From contig NC_092672.1 in the NCBI RefSeq assembly GCF_964355755.1, forward strand, positions 7,068,001-7,132,000: DNA of 64,000 nucleotides, in the 5' to 3' direction. Under the pieces are notes generated by a model. The model was not told the DNA's origin. It searched no databases and saw only the letters and a list, made by a program, of their open reading frames with translations. The position numbers were made by a program, and so were the translations under genes. Shown here piece after piece: positions 23,601 through 37,870 of the stretch (position 1 is the first letter of the stretch; each line of letters begins with the position of its first letter). This DNA comes from Antedon mediterranea (taxonomy: Eukaryota > Animalia > Echinodermata).

Positions 23601-26600
23601 AACGAGTCTTGTGGTTAATCACGTGTGAAACCAAATTTTATAGAGAGTGGTTCAGTACAACATACAGTATTTGTTAAATATACATCATCACATACCTAAC
23701 ATTTTAAAGTATTTATTTGATTAATTCAAACAAATTAAATTTTAGATCAGTCTCAAACATGTTCAAACAATCAATTCAGATGTTTATCTGGCGCTTGTAT
23801 TCTAAAATCATTACAATGTGACGGAAACTTTGATTGCCCTGACAACAGCGATGAAGATGAACAATATATTCAAGGTAATATAGTAGGCCTATATCAGTAT
23901 TATTCTCGAGATATTCTCGTGTATTTCTGGTGGAATTTCTCTCGTTTTCACGACGTAGGCATCCGCGGTCTAAAGGGAATTCTTCTGCGCAGACAAAAAA
24001 GTACAGGCCGAATGAAGATAGTTACCACCGGTAAAGTACTATAGGCCAGGAATGAGTAGTTCTTTTTTCAAAACCAAAAATTAGTGAAACTAACCTGCTT
24101 GACAGCTTCTTTAGAAGAATGGCTATAGGCTATAGGCTTCGCATATTCCATATTATGTATCAATAATATTGCGGTTTTTCTTATTTTAGAGTGTTCCGAT
24201 TCGTTGGACGGCCACGGCTATCGGGGGACAAAGAACAAGACAACAAATGGAATACGTTGTATAAAATGGACAAGTAATTTCAAAGGAACTGATGCGATAT
24301 ATCCAGTAGATTACATTGGTAAAGGTATTGGGGATCACAACTTTTGTCGGAATCCAAACGGAAGACAACAGCCATGGTGTTATACAGAGGATTTTTATGA
24401 AGTTGAAGATTGTGAAATTCCATTATGTGGTGAGGAAATGAATATCAGAGTCTATTGTATGCAGTATTTGTTTCAAACAATCTCTTATGGCCAAATCAGA
24501 CAGCGTCGTATGACGAGGCGGGAAAACATTAAACATGTTTAAAGTTCTCGTGACGACCTAAAAACTGCACCTGAAGCTAGCTCAAGACGACTCGTTTCGT
24601 CGGGATTCAACTCAGACAGCACCGACGAGTCAAGACGTTGCGTTTCACTAAAACCTATTCCAAAGTTTTGGTAACAAGTTGTTATTATTTGGGTTATAAC
24701 ACTATATCATTTTTTTAGATCAAGTTTCAGATGCAGATTTAAACAATTGTCCAATCACAAGCTTCCAGTGTTCAACAGGTCATTGTATTTCCTATTCATT
24801 CCGTTGTGACCATAAACCAGACTGCCCAGATAGCTCAGATGAACAAGATTGTAGTAAGTTTATGTTCACATGACTGTTATATTGTTATTTTGGATAAAGA
24901 TTTGTGCAAAAAAAAGAAAAATAAATAATGTATACGCTTTGTACTTTGTGCATAGCGCACCGCATAGTCACTTGTTAGGCGCACTCACTGGGCCACTCAG
25001 TGCTTTAAAATGCGCATAATACATGTTTTTTTTTAATGGTAGTATTCAGGAATTGCACCGATGTCGAGTTTTCCTGTGATAATGGACGCTGTTTACAATC
25101 TTCATTGCAATGTAACATAATTAAAGACTGTTTAGATGGAACAGACGAACTAAAATGTGGTAGGCGGTTTTTTTCCTGAATAACATGACATAACATTAGC
25201 ACAACATTTTATTGTAAGGGGAGTTTACAGTTGGAGAGATTTTTTTGGATATATTGTCTTACAGTGCATTATGCCTCATGTAATGTATACAACAACAAAA
25301 GACTGATAGGTTGTAGATACAAAATGGGAAGATCTTTAATGTATGGAAAATTAGACGTTAAACTAGTCGTTGAAGGTGAAGCCTAGAACGTGCCACACTG
25401 CAACTGCAATTGTATTAAAATAATTTCGCTCGAGTAACAAAAGTGCTGTATATATCCATTTATTTTTTCCGGTGCAAGTGTCACTTAATACAGTTATCTT
25501 TACCAGGTGAATGCAGCTCAGGTTTTTTACGATGTAGTGATGGTAAATGTTTGCACCCAAAATTCAAATGTGATCGAATAAGAGATTGTCCAACAGGAAT
25601 TGATGAGCCCATGGATGAGCCAAATAATTGCCGTAAGTAGTAGCAATCAAATAGCCTAATCACTAACATTTCACATTTCATTGAGTTTAGACAGGTATTT
25701 GAAGCAAGTTTTTCTTAAGTGAACATATAAATGATGACAGTGACAAAACTAGACTAGCTTTATCATTTGGAGGCAAGTTATCGCTAATTCTTAACTTGTG
25801 TTGTCATTCCTATTATAGAATATACTGATACAAAATCGTTATGTAATAAAACAGAGATGGTATGCGAAAATGGCATTTGCATCGATCAGCGTCACCTGTG
25901 TCTATTAGACTACGATGTGTATTCAGACGACGTTATAACAGGTTGTCGAGATCGTAGTCACTTACAACATTGTGGTGAGTTGAGTTGTTTCATGTGTTGT
26001 GCAACCTTCGTATTTATTCAATATTATAATCATACAACGATCCTGTTTATTCAGGAACGATGGTACTTGACAAAAATGTATAGTTTAACTTTGTATAACA
26101 TAAAGGTTTCAATTGCTTTGTTTATCGTGCATTTTCTACTTGTCAGAAGTTATGACACGCCATATATGCCTTTTTAAAAAATTAAGTCAAAACACCTGGA
26201 CCCGAAGACTGTCATATGAAAGTACTTTTCGTGAATAGGTGCATTTTGTAGGATTGTAGATAATAAATAAATAATTTTGTTTGAAAAATCCAGTAAAGTA
26301 ATTACTCACATTCTTTAGCTTTCGCCATCTTGGCTGACGGCTTGATCACAAGTGATCCGGTCCACGGCTACTTCCTGGAAATCTGTTGATTGTTTCTAGG
26401 TGACGTCATACTTTTTCGTAGCAATGATGTGTATACGTGATCGAGAAATACAGCTCCTTCGTCGTGGTTGATTGCGTTATACCCCACTCCTCTCTTTCTG
26501 ATTTGGATTGCTTTTACTTTGTAAATTATTTGTTTTATTTTTAAAGTGTGAATTATTTAAAGTACGATTGTTTTATTATTTATTATAAACAGTTTTCATT

Positions 26601-29600
26601 GGGGACCTACATGCAACATTATAGTAACTCAGCATTTATTTATTATATTTTGATTTGAAGACCCTTACAGAAGACTCGGTTCTCGGGCAAATTGTTCCAT
26701 ATATTGTTCCACTAACACAAGAACTTATGAGATAACTCTCCCTTTTTTGCAAAAGTTTCTAACGCTTTAAATCATACTTTGTCGTGTAGCTTCATTCGAG
26801 TGTCCAGCAAACACATACAAATGTCCGAGCTCGTACTGCATAACAATCAAAAGCCGATGTGATGGGCGAGATGATTGCGAAAATGGAGAAGATGAACAGT
26901 ATTGTGAGGATTATAACTGTCCAGGATACTTCAAATGTCAAGATGCGTCAAATTGTATTTCTCAAGATCTTGTGTGTGATGGCATCAAAGACTGTCTTCG
27001 TGGGGATGATGAACTTTTTTGCGGTAAGATGTGATTCAAAATTCAAAAAATATTAATACTAAATAAATAGAGAATCAGTCATAAAATAATAACACAAAGT
27101 GTCATCCATGTGTTCTAGATTATTTGGATACGTTGATTTAGGAAAAAAAAGAAACCGTAACTAATTGATCTATTTAAGATTTATACATTGTTGATAGATG
27201 TATGATCCTGAGCTTAATTTAACCCTCGGAGAAATATAATAGTCTCCTAAGAAGTTGTTACTACAGATTTACTTAGTACTATTTAATTTTGTCTTGCTAT
27301 GATTTTATATTTTTTTTCTAATAAAACTTACATCTACCAAGAAGTAGAACGTAAATGTGCGTAAGTTCTACTTGTGTGATGTGAATTACACTTGTGTAAT
27401 TTAATTGATTTACATTTCCCTTTCTTGCCTAAAATAATAAATTGTTTAAACTACTTTTTCATTGATAACGTCTGTCATAGATATACAGTGCCCTAACGGA
27501 TGTGTCTGCCAGGACCTTTCATACAACTGTCATGGAGTAGAATGGACAGCAGAAAAAGCTGCATTAATTTCGCCAGATGTACGATACTTGTAAGTATAAT
27601 AATTTATATTTTTATATATGTATTGTTTATAAAAAGAAACATTGTTTCCTTGCACACATAAGTCCATGTATATATATGCACGCGCACACGACACACATAC
27701 TATACATATACAGTCCATACAAAATTTGTCGCAGCCAATCAGAAGATCAAAGGACTGTTAGAACTTGGTCCTATTGGCAAGACGAGCTCAACATCATTTT
27801 GTTAGATTGCCTTGATATTAAATAAGTTTTTTATTTTCAGAAATCTAAGCAATGTATCTATAGTTCCTTCAGAAGACACGGGTGAAGATCTGCTATTCTT
27901 ACATCCCAGTATTTTCAAATTTAATTTTGTTTTGTAAGTTTAATTAAATAAAAAAATACACTAAGCTTGTTTAAGTAATATTTATGTCTAGAGATGAAAA
28001 CTATGAGTAGCTGCTGTAGTAGTTATCCAGTATATTCAAGTATTTTGTTTACACTTGTAGATGTAGTATAACTATTGTGCTTTTTCATGCATTTTCTTTT
28101 TATAGAGATATCTCTGGAAACAATATCAAGAAACTAGCAGGTGAAATGTTTTATCAGTTTGACCATCTGACAACTCTGTAAGTCATCATCACAATTTAGT
28201 AAACACATTTACACAGAGTTTTTAAAATTCGTTGCATCGTCAATAGACGTAATAGGGGCCGGCCACAACGCGGCACAATTCAACAAAATAAATGCACCCG
28301 ATTCTGTGGCTGTTACTAGACTCTCTGTGGAAGACTGTCTACCAGATACCTATCTAACTGTATTAAGTACTTTTAATACATGATATCTCTGACGTCATTA
28401 GGTTCCTATCTAGAGACAATGTATAACGTTATAATATGTATTCATCAAATGCACCAGAAAGCAGAATAGCAGGTTTATCGTAAATAAAACGAAATTATAA
28501 ACGTATATTTACCTATTCTAGATACATGCAAGGCAACAATATAGCATCATTGGAAGGTGATGTCTTTCAGGATTTAAAACAATTGAAATATCTGTAAGTA
28601 AACCATGTTAAACCTATATAGAGTAGGCTAGTTTTAGTTTTTTAGGTAAACGTTTGTGTTTATTTTTTCTAAAATTAATTTAAAGCTCATTAAACATGTT
28701 TAGTTAAATTTCTTTATACCGCTACAATAATAGTAGACTACATAATACTTTTACATAAAAAAGACTATGGAAACAGCAGAAAATTGCTGTACATTTTGGA
28801 ACTAATTGTTTATTTGTTTCATTAACAGTAATATCCATGGTAATGGATTGGAATCCATCGGCAGAGGAACATTTTTCGGATTATCAAAACTCGAGTATTT
28901 GTAAGTATAAAGTATTTTAGATGTACGTCATGGGTGACATTGTATGGGTTAATGGAGAGAACACCTTACAATTTAAATACAAAATAACAGAAAACGATAC
29001 ACAGCAATTTAATTCCTAAGTAAAAGTGTATATGTATAACAGAATGGTTCTGTGGTAACATTATTTATGTGTGCTCTATTTTAGAAATATGTCTGGAAAT
29101 AACATTGGTAACGTTGATAAATTGATATTCAAGGACTTGATGTCTCTTAAAACATTGTGAGTAATGTATATATAATCTTGTACTTTAGAAAATGGAAGTT
29201 ACAGTACAATAAATGTATGTCAATATTGTGTCAGAGTAGACTAGATATAGAGAGATGAAAGAGAAATACTCGTCTACAAAGTATATACAGTAGCTCTTGC
29301 TCTTATAGCGGTGTTGTGTCCATGTAGGAACCGAGCTTCATGAAGTAAATCTTTCATTTCAGAATATCTGATGATTATTCATTTTGCTGTTTGTTGGAAG
29401 ATGTTGGTTTTAACGACGTTGACTGTACGCCAGATGCAGACGTGTTTTCATCATGTGACAATCTTATGCAGAATGTGTACCTTAGAGCTTTCTTATGGTT
29501 ATTTGGACTGAGTGCACTTCTAGGAAACAGTTTTGTAATCTTATGGCGATGGATAAATTGGCCTGCAAAGAAAAGTCCATCTTACACACAATCGTTTCTA

Positions 29601-32124
29601 ATTACTAATCTTGCAGTTGCCGATATGCTTATGGGGTTGTATATGTTGATCATTGCCAGTGCCGATTCCTACTATCGGGAAGATTACGTCACACATGATA
29701 GCGAATGGAAGGCCAGTCGAATATGTACGCTTGCAGGAATCTTAGCCTTTCTATCCAGTGAATCGTCTGTGTACACTCTAACCGTCATTAGCTGCGACAG
29801 GTTTTTGCACATTGCATTTCCATTTCGCCGTTTCCATCTCGCCGTTTCCATCTTACACAAGAAACAGTACAATTTGCAGTGGCTGTCGGATGGTTTCTGA
29901 CCCTCGTCGCGAGTATTCTGCCAGCATTACCAATCCCGTACTTTAACAATGAGTATTACGGTGTCACCAGCGTGTGTCTTGCATTGCCATTGACGTCGGA
30001 AAAAGTGAGAGGTTGGGAATATACCACTGCGATTTTTATTGGTTTTAATTCTTTGTGCTTCTTGTTAATTTTTGTTTGTTATTCAGGTGTGTTCATTTTA
30101 ATAAAGATATCCAGTAGTAAAGTAAATCAAGCAGGACACATGAATTCTGACAAAAATAAGCACATTGCAATTGCTATACGAATGGCTGTTATTGTCGCTA
30201 CCGACTTCTGCTGCTGGGTACCAATCATAGTAATGGGTATTTTATCACTGACAACATCTGTTAACATACCCGCCACGGTATATGCCTGGGCTGCAGTCTT
30301 CATTTTGCCAATAAATTCAGCAATTAACCCATACTTATATACAATAGCATCTTTAAAGAAACTTCAAAGGCAACTAAAACCTTCTAAACATGTATCGGAA
30401 AGTATGCCATCTACGGAGAGAACAAATGTGAAAATTGGTATGTAAAGAAAAATTATCTATTTCTTTATGTAATTAGGATGATTAATCTGTGACTACAGAG
30501 ATTATTAAAAAATTGTGTTTTATTCTATATAAATAGTTGTATCTAAATTTAAACGAATATTTGTTTTGGGTAGCCCTCTCAGTAATAATAATAAACCCTG
30601 TTTTTCCAAGGAGCCCTACGATACTTATTTTATAATTGATTGTTAAAATTTTTGTCCAAGGAATTATTATGTATGTCCCAGAAAAGTAATGTCATCCGTC
30701 ACGACGTCACATTGTCTCTCTCCACCTAGTTACAGTAAGAACAAGTCATTATTATAGTCATGCTTTTAACTCCAGTTTTTGTCATTGTTTACTCAGAAGG
30801 TGTAAACATCCCACGAAATCAAAAAGAGCAATCTACAGTTGAGAAAATAGAAGCTATGTTATCAAATGGAACAGATAGACATGGGAAAGAACTTGATGCA
30901 GACGTACGTAAACACCTTTCAATGGCGTTGAGATTTGCTAAGCAGCAACAAGCTGGTATTGTACAAGTAAGAACGTTTATTTATATTCTTATGCAAGTAC
31001 ACATAAAAAAAATAGAAATATTTCTGAATAAAATTACAATGCGACGGGTAGGCCTGTCAGTAGCTGGATCTCAATGTAGATTCAAATAAAATATGCAAAA
31101 ATATAAATCTGAGTTTTGCTAAACGTTATAATCATTCGTCAGTGCAAGTATATTACATAAACTAATGTGTTGTGAGCAAGTTGCTTATCTTATTATATTA
31201 CAATAACGTCATTAGATGAAGACGACACACTTTTTCAGCATTAAATGGCAGTTCCAAAATAATATCGTCCGAACAATATCATTGTCTCTTTCATTAGTTA
31301 ATGTTAAAAATGTTTTATTCTGAACAAATATGTTTGTACAATTTTTTGGTTGGATATGTCATTTTTAATTTACAAATACTTTATAAAAATGTTTTCATGT
31401 AGTAAATTAAGTTCAGTTATATTAGATAATGCAAGTCGTTCCTCTGTTGTATCTAAAGGAACAAATGATATGTCGTATAAATGACAATAAAGATGTATTT
31501 ATTGTTCTGTTTGGTTTCTTGCAGGTTGAGGTTGAGGATTGTGTGGAATTCGAAGAAAGCACACAAGAAGAATCTGAAGACAATACACAAAATCAATCTC
31601 AAGACAAAACACAAGAACGAAGCGAATACTGTATAGGAGTGTCTAATCCTGCCTACGATAACGAATCATACGTCACTAGAAGTCTCGCCTATGAAGACGA
31701 CACATTTTTTCAGCATTAAATGGCAGTTCCAAAATAATATCGTCCGAAAAATAATAAGTATGTCTCTTTCATTACTTAATGTTAAAAATGTTTCTAGCTA
31801 TTCTTCGGGTCATTAGAAAAGTCTGGAAAATCGCGAAAATGTCTAGTAAACACACTTTGTAAATAAATCGTAAAAAAAGAGAATTTTCCGAAGCATATAG
31901 GAAAATAGTTTTGTGTCACTTAGCAGACAGGTATAATTGTAATTCCTGATAGAGGGTGTTTCATTTGCCAAGTCATGCATAACATATCGCTGGAGGGGCT
32001 TTCATTCCCATTCTTCCCCCGTTTTACTTTGGCTGGGCGCTGACACTCTTATCTACAGCCAATTTCATATTTTATTGTATTTTAATCAGACTCAAGTAGA
32101 TTTATAGATATATTTGATGCTTAA

Positions 32125-33703
32125 AGGGGGATTCTGGGTTTAAAATTGCTTTTAAATATCGTTTATTTCTTAAATAAAAAATATTATAACAATATAGACA
32201 TTTCAGAATGAAGAAGTAATAACGAGAAATTAAAAAAATTAAATTTCATATACATTTTAGGGTAAATTCATGGAAAGTCTGTTTTTTAGCAGCTTAGGGA
32301 AGCTCATTAATATTCATGAGATATTCACAAAATCACGTCACCAGTGGATTCCAAACTCGCGACGTCATGTACGTTGTGTTTGTCAACTAATTTACATCTC
32401 TCTCCCCTGTCAAACGACGACCACCATTGTGATCATTGTGAAATACATTTTTTTTAGATTTTCTAAGCTAGGCCTAAAGTGTAATAATAACAGTAGTAGC
32501 ATATATTTATTTGACATTTAATGAAATACAAAATTTAGTACAGATACGGAGTCATAAATTATACTATTTTTATACCTCTATAGTACAGATCGTATTATCG
32601 GCTTCACGTACAATACTACTCTAGGCCTAGCCTAATAATAATATATATGGGCGAGAGCCATTCTGACTAGGGATTCCATGCCACGATGGCTACGTTAAAA
32701 CAATGGGGCCCATGGGCCTAGCTAGCCTACTACTAGACGATTGGCCCATAAATAACAAAACCCATCCTATCAACCAAACTCCTAAACAATCTAAACCTAA
32801 AACATTCTACAAAATCGGCTGTAAATATTGAAGCAAAACAAGGTCCGATCGCCGTCCACACGTATGGTGTCCCGATCGTCTAAGTAGGCCTAAAATAAAT
32901 AGGTTTAGTTTACTCTCCAAAAAAGCGGATACTCATGCATCAAGCAAGTAGACCAGGTAGTAGGAAGGAGACCTAGCCGATCCGGCCCAGTTAAAAATTG
33001 AGCTAGTAGTGTAGTAGACCCTATGCGAATTGATACTACCAGGCCTTTTACGATAGGCTGTACTACACAAATATTCCAACTCTCTCATTCGAGCTATATT
33101 ATCTATACCATTCCGGTAGGTCGAGTCGACCTTCAATCAAATACTGTACATCGTTCATGTTGTGATTATAGACGGGGTATACTCGACCCGACCAGTTTGG
33201 TGTTGTTGTATCTGCTTATCACGTGACGATGCCAGGCATGGGCAGCAGAGAGAGCACGTGTATCGTCGTCTCGCTCGATCCTCAGCAGGAATGTACAGTA
33301 TACGTTACGCTTCATTGATTTTGATTTTTCCCTAAGTCGGTGCGAAAATCGGCAAACGTAAAGTGCAAACATATCTAATTTTTCACTGTTTTGATGAATT
33401 TTCATAAAAAATTGACTTTATAAATGGGAAGACCGACTAAAATTACATCAGATAAGTATAATTTTACAAAAGTAATTGATATGGTTTATGATAACGAGTC
33501 GTCGGAAGATGGACCATTTCACGAATTTCCTATTTTGTAACCACAGTGTGATTTTGCCGTAGCTGCACTTGTAATCTGGCCTGATTTCACAGCCTTCGTT
33601 CTGCTTCACTGGGCGCTTATATAAATTGAAACTTTTACCGTTCAAGAGACAAACAAATATATTTTACATTTTTTACTATTCATTTTAAACCCGGAACCCC
33701 CCT
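32125..33703. mobile_element. Non-autonomous Kolobok-like DNA transposon
   Basis: 22-bp TIRs with 20/22 match (agggggattctgggtttaaaat), TTAA on both sides, purine-purine termini. Confidence 0.8.
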
Positions 33704-34718
33704 TTAAGTCAAATTTTGTTTAACCTAATATTAAGTACTGTTTAGTAAGTAGAGTTTAATACTTTGATTTATACTTTGTTTAAATATTCTGATTACTGAT
33801 ATCCGTTATGCAGTATTTGATTTATGGTTCCAGATGACATAACGTATAGGGCGTAACCCCTTTTTATATTATGTAATATAATTAAGTTTTATACTAGAAG
33901 TGATATGTCATCTATGTTTTACCAATATACAGGTTTTAATATTCGTCATTTTAATAAATGACATTTCCATCCAATGATGGTTTATCTGTGTTTGTTTGTT
34001 GTCCTGTCCGGTCGCTAGCGTAACACAAATATAAATGCTGATTTTTTTTTTATTGTTTCTTTTGCTTATCTGGATAATGAAGTGTTTTTTAAAAATACCA
34101 GGCTAAAAATTTTGGCAAATTTAAGCCTAAAACAGGTCAAATAAGCAATTGAAGTGACGGTACCTATCGTTTGTATATGAACTACAGTAAAAACTCATGA
34201 CGTAAATGTTACGATGCACCTGTGACGTCTTAGCAATTTACGGCTGTACGGCGAGCGCGTGTAGCGGTATCCTTAATCTCTCGATTTTTCTGAAATTACA
34301 TATATATAGTTCTCGTCAAGTTGTCCTTTAAATAGTAGGACCTGTAGATGGAGCCAGATTTCCACTTTAAACATCTATTTTACTTTGATGGACCGTTATG
34401 TTGCATAGCGTGTATTTGTCTATTCTCTATTTTTTGTAATCAGTGTAGGCCTATTTATAATACAAAAGACAATATGACGAATGCCATACTCTAGAAAAGT
34501 AACACATATTACAGTACAACATTTTTTGAATGATGTCAAAATATCATACGATCCCAAAAACGACGGTGTTAACGTTGAAATCTTAGAGCATCTTTTATGG
34601 GTCTAACTAAGAAGTATAATACTGACATTTCACAGGTAGTTGAGTATGATTTTAATCGAATATCCTTCGAAAAAAAACAAAGTTTTTGCTGATTTTGTTC
34701 ATGGTCATGGTCATAATT

Positions 34719-34901
34719 AAGGTTTATCGCAAATAGTTTGCGCGAAGCACTGTGGGAAGGATTTGGGAACAAACGTCACGATATCTACGTACGTGATTTG
34801 TTGCTTGTATGTATACGTAGTGACGTTTGCTCCCAAACCCTTCTCACCGTGCATTGTGCAATGACGTTCCTCACGAAATCAGGCTATTTGCGATAAACCT
34901 T
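34719..34901. mobile_element. MITE-like foldback element (also at ~62209-62391)
   Basis: TIRs aaggtttatcgcaaatag and ctatttgcgataaacctt, plus an internal imperfect inverted repeat. Confidence 0.6.
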
Positions 34902-35560
34902 TTTGGCCTAAAAAAGAAGGATTGTGAATCATATGTTTTTCCGGTATTTTCGCCTAACTTTGTTAATGTAATAATTAATCTGTGTATTTTGTGAATTATT
35001 TCTGGGTTTTTTTAAAAATTAGATTGACGTTAGAAATCGTTTACAGCCTAACATAGTAACGACAACAACCAAGTTATAAATATTGTAAATGTAAATGTAA
35101 TTAGTCGATGCTGCTTTATTTTTCGCATATTGTTTAATGTCGACGACGAAGATAGATTAAACGAGTCATGGTACTATTTGTAGATTGAATTGTTAATGTA
35201 TAATTTAATTGTTGTTATTGTTAAACACTAATCGAATTTTTTTTTTTTAATGTGACAATCATTTACGTAGGCGTAAAAGTGTATTATAGATACATAACTT
35301 GTATTTTTAAGGGAGGAGTTAGTTCACTTGTTATATTACGTACAGCCTGCAGCATTGTCTGCAGACGTAAAGATCGCTTCGATTCTTATGCATATTTATT
35401 AATGTCTTTATATAATACGTTTACAATAGTACAAAACAAATATGTATATTAGTTTAATTATTCAATCCTTTAGAAACAATATTGTTGCTCTATATAAATA
35501 GTAGACAATGACACTGAATTTAAAGTCTCGTACAATATAGCTAGTGTATTTTGTTGTAAT

Positions 35561-35640
35561 AAACCGACACCGATTGTTTTGTAGCCGCACCATACATTAG
35601 AAACCGACACCGATTGTTTTGTAGCCGCACCATACATTAG
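35561..35640. repeat. 40-bp perfect tandem duplication (also at 63051-63130)
   Basis: aaaccgacaccgattgttttgtagccgcaccatacattag occurs twice in a row. Confidence 0.9.
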
Positions 35641-36224
35641 AAAGCGTGTATAATATAATTATCCTAGTTGTATTTACCCAGCTTCTGGGAATACTTATTA
35701 TAACTACTGCACGGTAAAGTACATCTCATGAATTATCGTATGTTAGGCTGAGGTGGTCTCGATGAACAAATTTGACTACGTCGTATGTTTTCAATTATTT
35801 CGTGGAATGGTTTGTGGCATAACATACATCGACGTTTACATGTTTTTCCGTGAATACATAAGTAATTCAAATCTCTGTACAATGCCGGTACAATAGAGAA
35901 TAAAGTTGGAATTTCCCTTTTCATTGTGTTGCTGTGTTGTTTCTAACAACGTCACTATAAAAACTCAAATCAAATCCGGGCCTAGAACCAGCAGAAAACA
36001 AGAAGAAAAGTAATATATGCCACGCGTAATGTTATTTGATTTATATTGGCTTAACTGGCAATTGAAATAGACTAAGCAAGATTTCTCTGGTTGGTAACGT
36101 TGCTACCAAGGTAAGCGTTTTCGATTGTTAACCCCGAGACCGAGTTTGCTTTAACCGACTAAACCTGTTCCACGATAAAAGCCTCATCGTCAAAAATCTC
36201 ATATTCCAAATTAATTTTTTATTT

Positions 36225-37265
36225 TTTGACTCATTTAAAAAAAAACACTTTGTGTTTTGTATGTAACATTAATGTTGATGGAAGTTACAAAGAGGAACAA
36301 TTTATATTTATATACAACAATACATTCTTTATCCACTCAACAACGAAATATTTTGTTCATGTTTTATAGGCCTATAAATAATATACCACTAATAAATTTA
36401 ATACTTTGTTAAAACTGTCACTGTCATAGTCGATTGAAATAGTAAAGTACATGTGACGATACACCACTACGACGTTTATATTTTGTTGTAATTATTAATT
36501 AATACAAACGTTGAGAAGCAACTGTTAGTAATATAGTTTATTTGTATACTATGTGTTTATGATCTAACAGTAGGGCCTCCCACACCCACAGTAATACAGT
36601 TTAGTATATGTTTATATTATATCTAACAGTAGGCCTACCAAACACTCACCTCACAGTAAGAAATTTGCGATTCAAATGGAGACCAAAAGTGGTTAATATG
36701 TATTTACAGTATTGTATAGTATTGCAATACTATATATTAAGGTTTTAAGTTTATTCTGTAAGGGCCCATACATTTACCTACTTGTGTTAAACCATGGAAA
36801 GATACCTCCATGTTTAAATAATTAGGAATGTTCAATTCATCGCAAATCAATACAGTCGTATATTAAATCAATCAAAATAGTATTATTTAAAGAAAATCGG
36901 CCTGTTTTTAACATTATGATGCTGTATTCGAGCTGTTCAGTCGCTTTTCAGCCATTAAAAACAATTATCGTATGAGGAGATAGGGAAATGCGAAGCATCC
37001 TCGTATTATTGTGTGCGGGTATTTTCAAGATTGACATCCATTAGACAGTGTATACCACAATCGGTTTGGGGCGAATCGTTAAAACTAAATTCGTTTCAAT
37101 TGTCAATAACTAATTATCGAACTTAATTTAATTAGTAAACAGGGTTACATCATGTGGTTAAAATCAGTATCGAGATTCTAACCAACTTTATATACCATCG
37201 AGTAAACATTCTAGAAATAACGCGCGATTTACCGAATTTTGACCTTACGTAAATGTATATATAGA
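36225..37265 (-). mobile_element. Helitron family H1 copy lacking its 3' end
   Basis: Colinear with 13290-13630 plus 14965-15621; ends in reverse TCTATATATA. Confidence 0.8.
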
Positions 37266-37432
37266 TTATTATTATTTAATAATTTAATATTAATATATTC
37301 TATTTTCAGGATAGTTGTTTCATTGTTTAAAAAAATAAACAGGATACAACTTGTTTGGTGAATACAACCTATCATGACTTATATGGTTATTCAATTTGCA
37401 TATTAGGCCTATAATAGGTTTTTAACGTCTAA

Positions 37433-37536
37433 AGCTCTGTCTACACTATCAAAAAAAGTTTAATAAAAAGTCCATGTCCATATATGGGCACATCACATTT
37501 TTTTGTCATATAAAGTCTTATAGTGTAGACAAAGCA
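37433..37536. mobile_element. Short MITE
   Basis: TIRs gctctgtctacactat and atagtgtagacaaagc. Confidence 0.6.
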
Positions 37537-37568
37537 TAATGTGTGTGTATTGATGTAAATTTACAAAA

Positions 37569-37870
37569 CTAGATGGTACGCTCGCATCGCTCGAGTACAA
37601 TCTAGGTTGTGCCCACAGATGGTTCTCGAATACACATAGTAAATTCAGCGTAAAAAAACTGGCGATTTCAAAATGTATGTACCACAGGACTATAAATACA
37701 TGTTTACAGGAACGAATAAAAGTTGATTCGTATGTAGTCAACTAAAATTAGCACTCTGGGAATTACTTCCGAAGAGAAACTTGTCACAAAATGATTAAAA
37801 TTTAAACAAACCGAACCTGTGTTTTGTAAAGGATGGGGATTGGTGCTTTTATCCTCTAAGTAACGAAATA
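37569..37870 (-). mobile_element. Helitron family H1 3'-end fragment
   Basis: Degenerate hairpin ctagatggtacgctcgcatcgctcgagtacaatctag; flank matches 13064-13330. Confidence 0.75.

Larger units (their letters stand above)
4942..31719 (+). pseudogene. GRL101-like SRCR/CTL/kringle/LDLa/LRR GPCR, copy 1 (frameshifted in the 7TM exon)
   Basis: Phase-consistent GT-AG exons: 4942-5011 signal; 17092-17613 Tyr repeat; SRCR 17803-18108, 18358-18648, 19025-19318, 19918-20196, 20744-21037, 21255-21566, 21956-22258; linker 22613-22666; CTL-like 23191-23523; LDLa 23746-23874; kringle 24190-24429; LDLa 24719-24853, 25043-25159, 25507-25632, 25819-25974, 26790-27023 (two); LRRNT 27481-27589; LRR 27841-27933, 28106-28177, 28522-28593, 28829-28900, 29085-29156; 7TM 29363-30437; tail 30797-30966, 31525-31719. 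14-bp duplication at 29826-29853. Confidence 0.85.

Noticed and set aside
32270-33645. Short ORFs in the Kolobok-like element
   Set aside because: No DDE or THAP motifs recognised; treated as non-coding.
36225-37870. Circularly permuted Helitron (5' piece beside 3' piece)
   Set aside because: The two fragments overlap in element coordinates and are separated by ~300 bp of unrelated DNA, so they are two truncated copies.
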